A DNA stretch of 64,000 nucleotides from Camelus dromedarius (lineage: Eukaryota): assembly GCF_036321535.1 (NCBI RefSeq), contig NC_087436.1, positions 91,514,001-91,578,000 on the forward strand, read 5' to 3'. Below, piece after piece: positions 63,846 to 64,000 of the stretch. The notes below the pieces were generated by a model that had not been told where the DNA came from, did not search any database, and was given only the letters and a program-made list of their open reading frames with translations. Each line of letters begins with the position of its first letter. The first letter of the stretch is position 1. The position numbers were made by a program, and so were the translations under genes.

Positions 63846-64000
63846 CGTGATACATTTCTAACAGAACAAAACAGGACAGTAGCAAGTAATACCTATGCAT
63901 CTCTGGCTGAATGATTTCTGAATTAATTTACAGAAGTTTCAAGAATCTTCATTTTTTAATCTCATCTACATAGTTTAACCAAATGAAGCATTTGTGTTTT

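Noticed and set aside
1..64000. A novel multi-gene biological system
   Set aside because: No recognisable genes, RNA genes or organised arrays; the structure seen is explained by transposon remnants, microsatellites and a few candidate regulatory or exon signals

Overview
This is AT-rich, CpG-depleted mammalian genomic DNA, consistent with a gene desert or a large intron. I recognise no protein-coding gene, RNA gene, CRISPR array or operon. Most ORFs in the track are chance ORFs or decayed transposon frames. Much of the window is interspersed repeat: MIR, L2, L3/CR1, old L1M, hAT MITEs (MER5A, MER3), MaLR/ERVL/ERV1 LTRs, an ERVL pol/dUTPase remnant and one young ERV2-like solo LTR. L1 3' ends of the form aagtatagtcagtt(t)acagtg...gtgtcaatt, together with no visible Alu, B1/B2, Bov-tA/BovB, PRE1 or SINEC, suggest a cetartiodactyl, possibly a camelid (inference). 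I found no convincing new biological system. The best-supported unusual features are: (1) an L1 with twin-priming-type inversion; (2) a young solo LTR with a perfect 6-bp TSD and a 15-bp enhancer-like array; (3) a head-to-head pair of MER41-like LTR pieces forming a long inverted repeat; (4) two ultra-short L1 insertions truncated at nearly the same base; (5) a three-half-site p53-family element; (6) a 90-bp tandem duplication of a splice-acceptor-like site; (7) a small CpG cluster; (8) a few weak orphan exon candidates. Repeat family names come from recalled consensus similarity by eye, not from a database search. Boundaries of old repeats are approximate.
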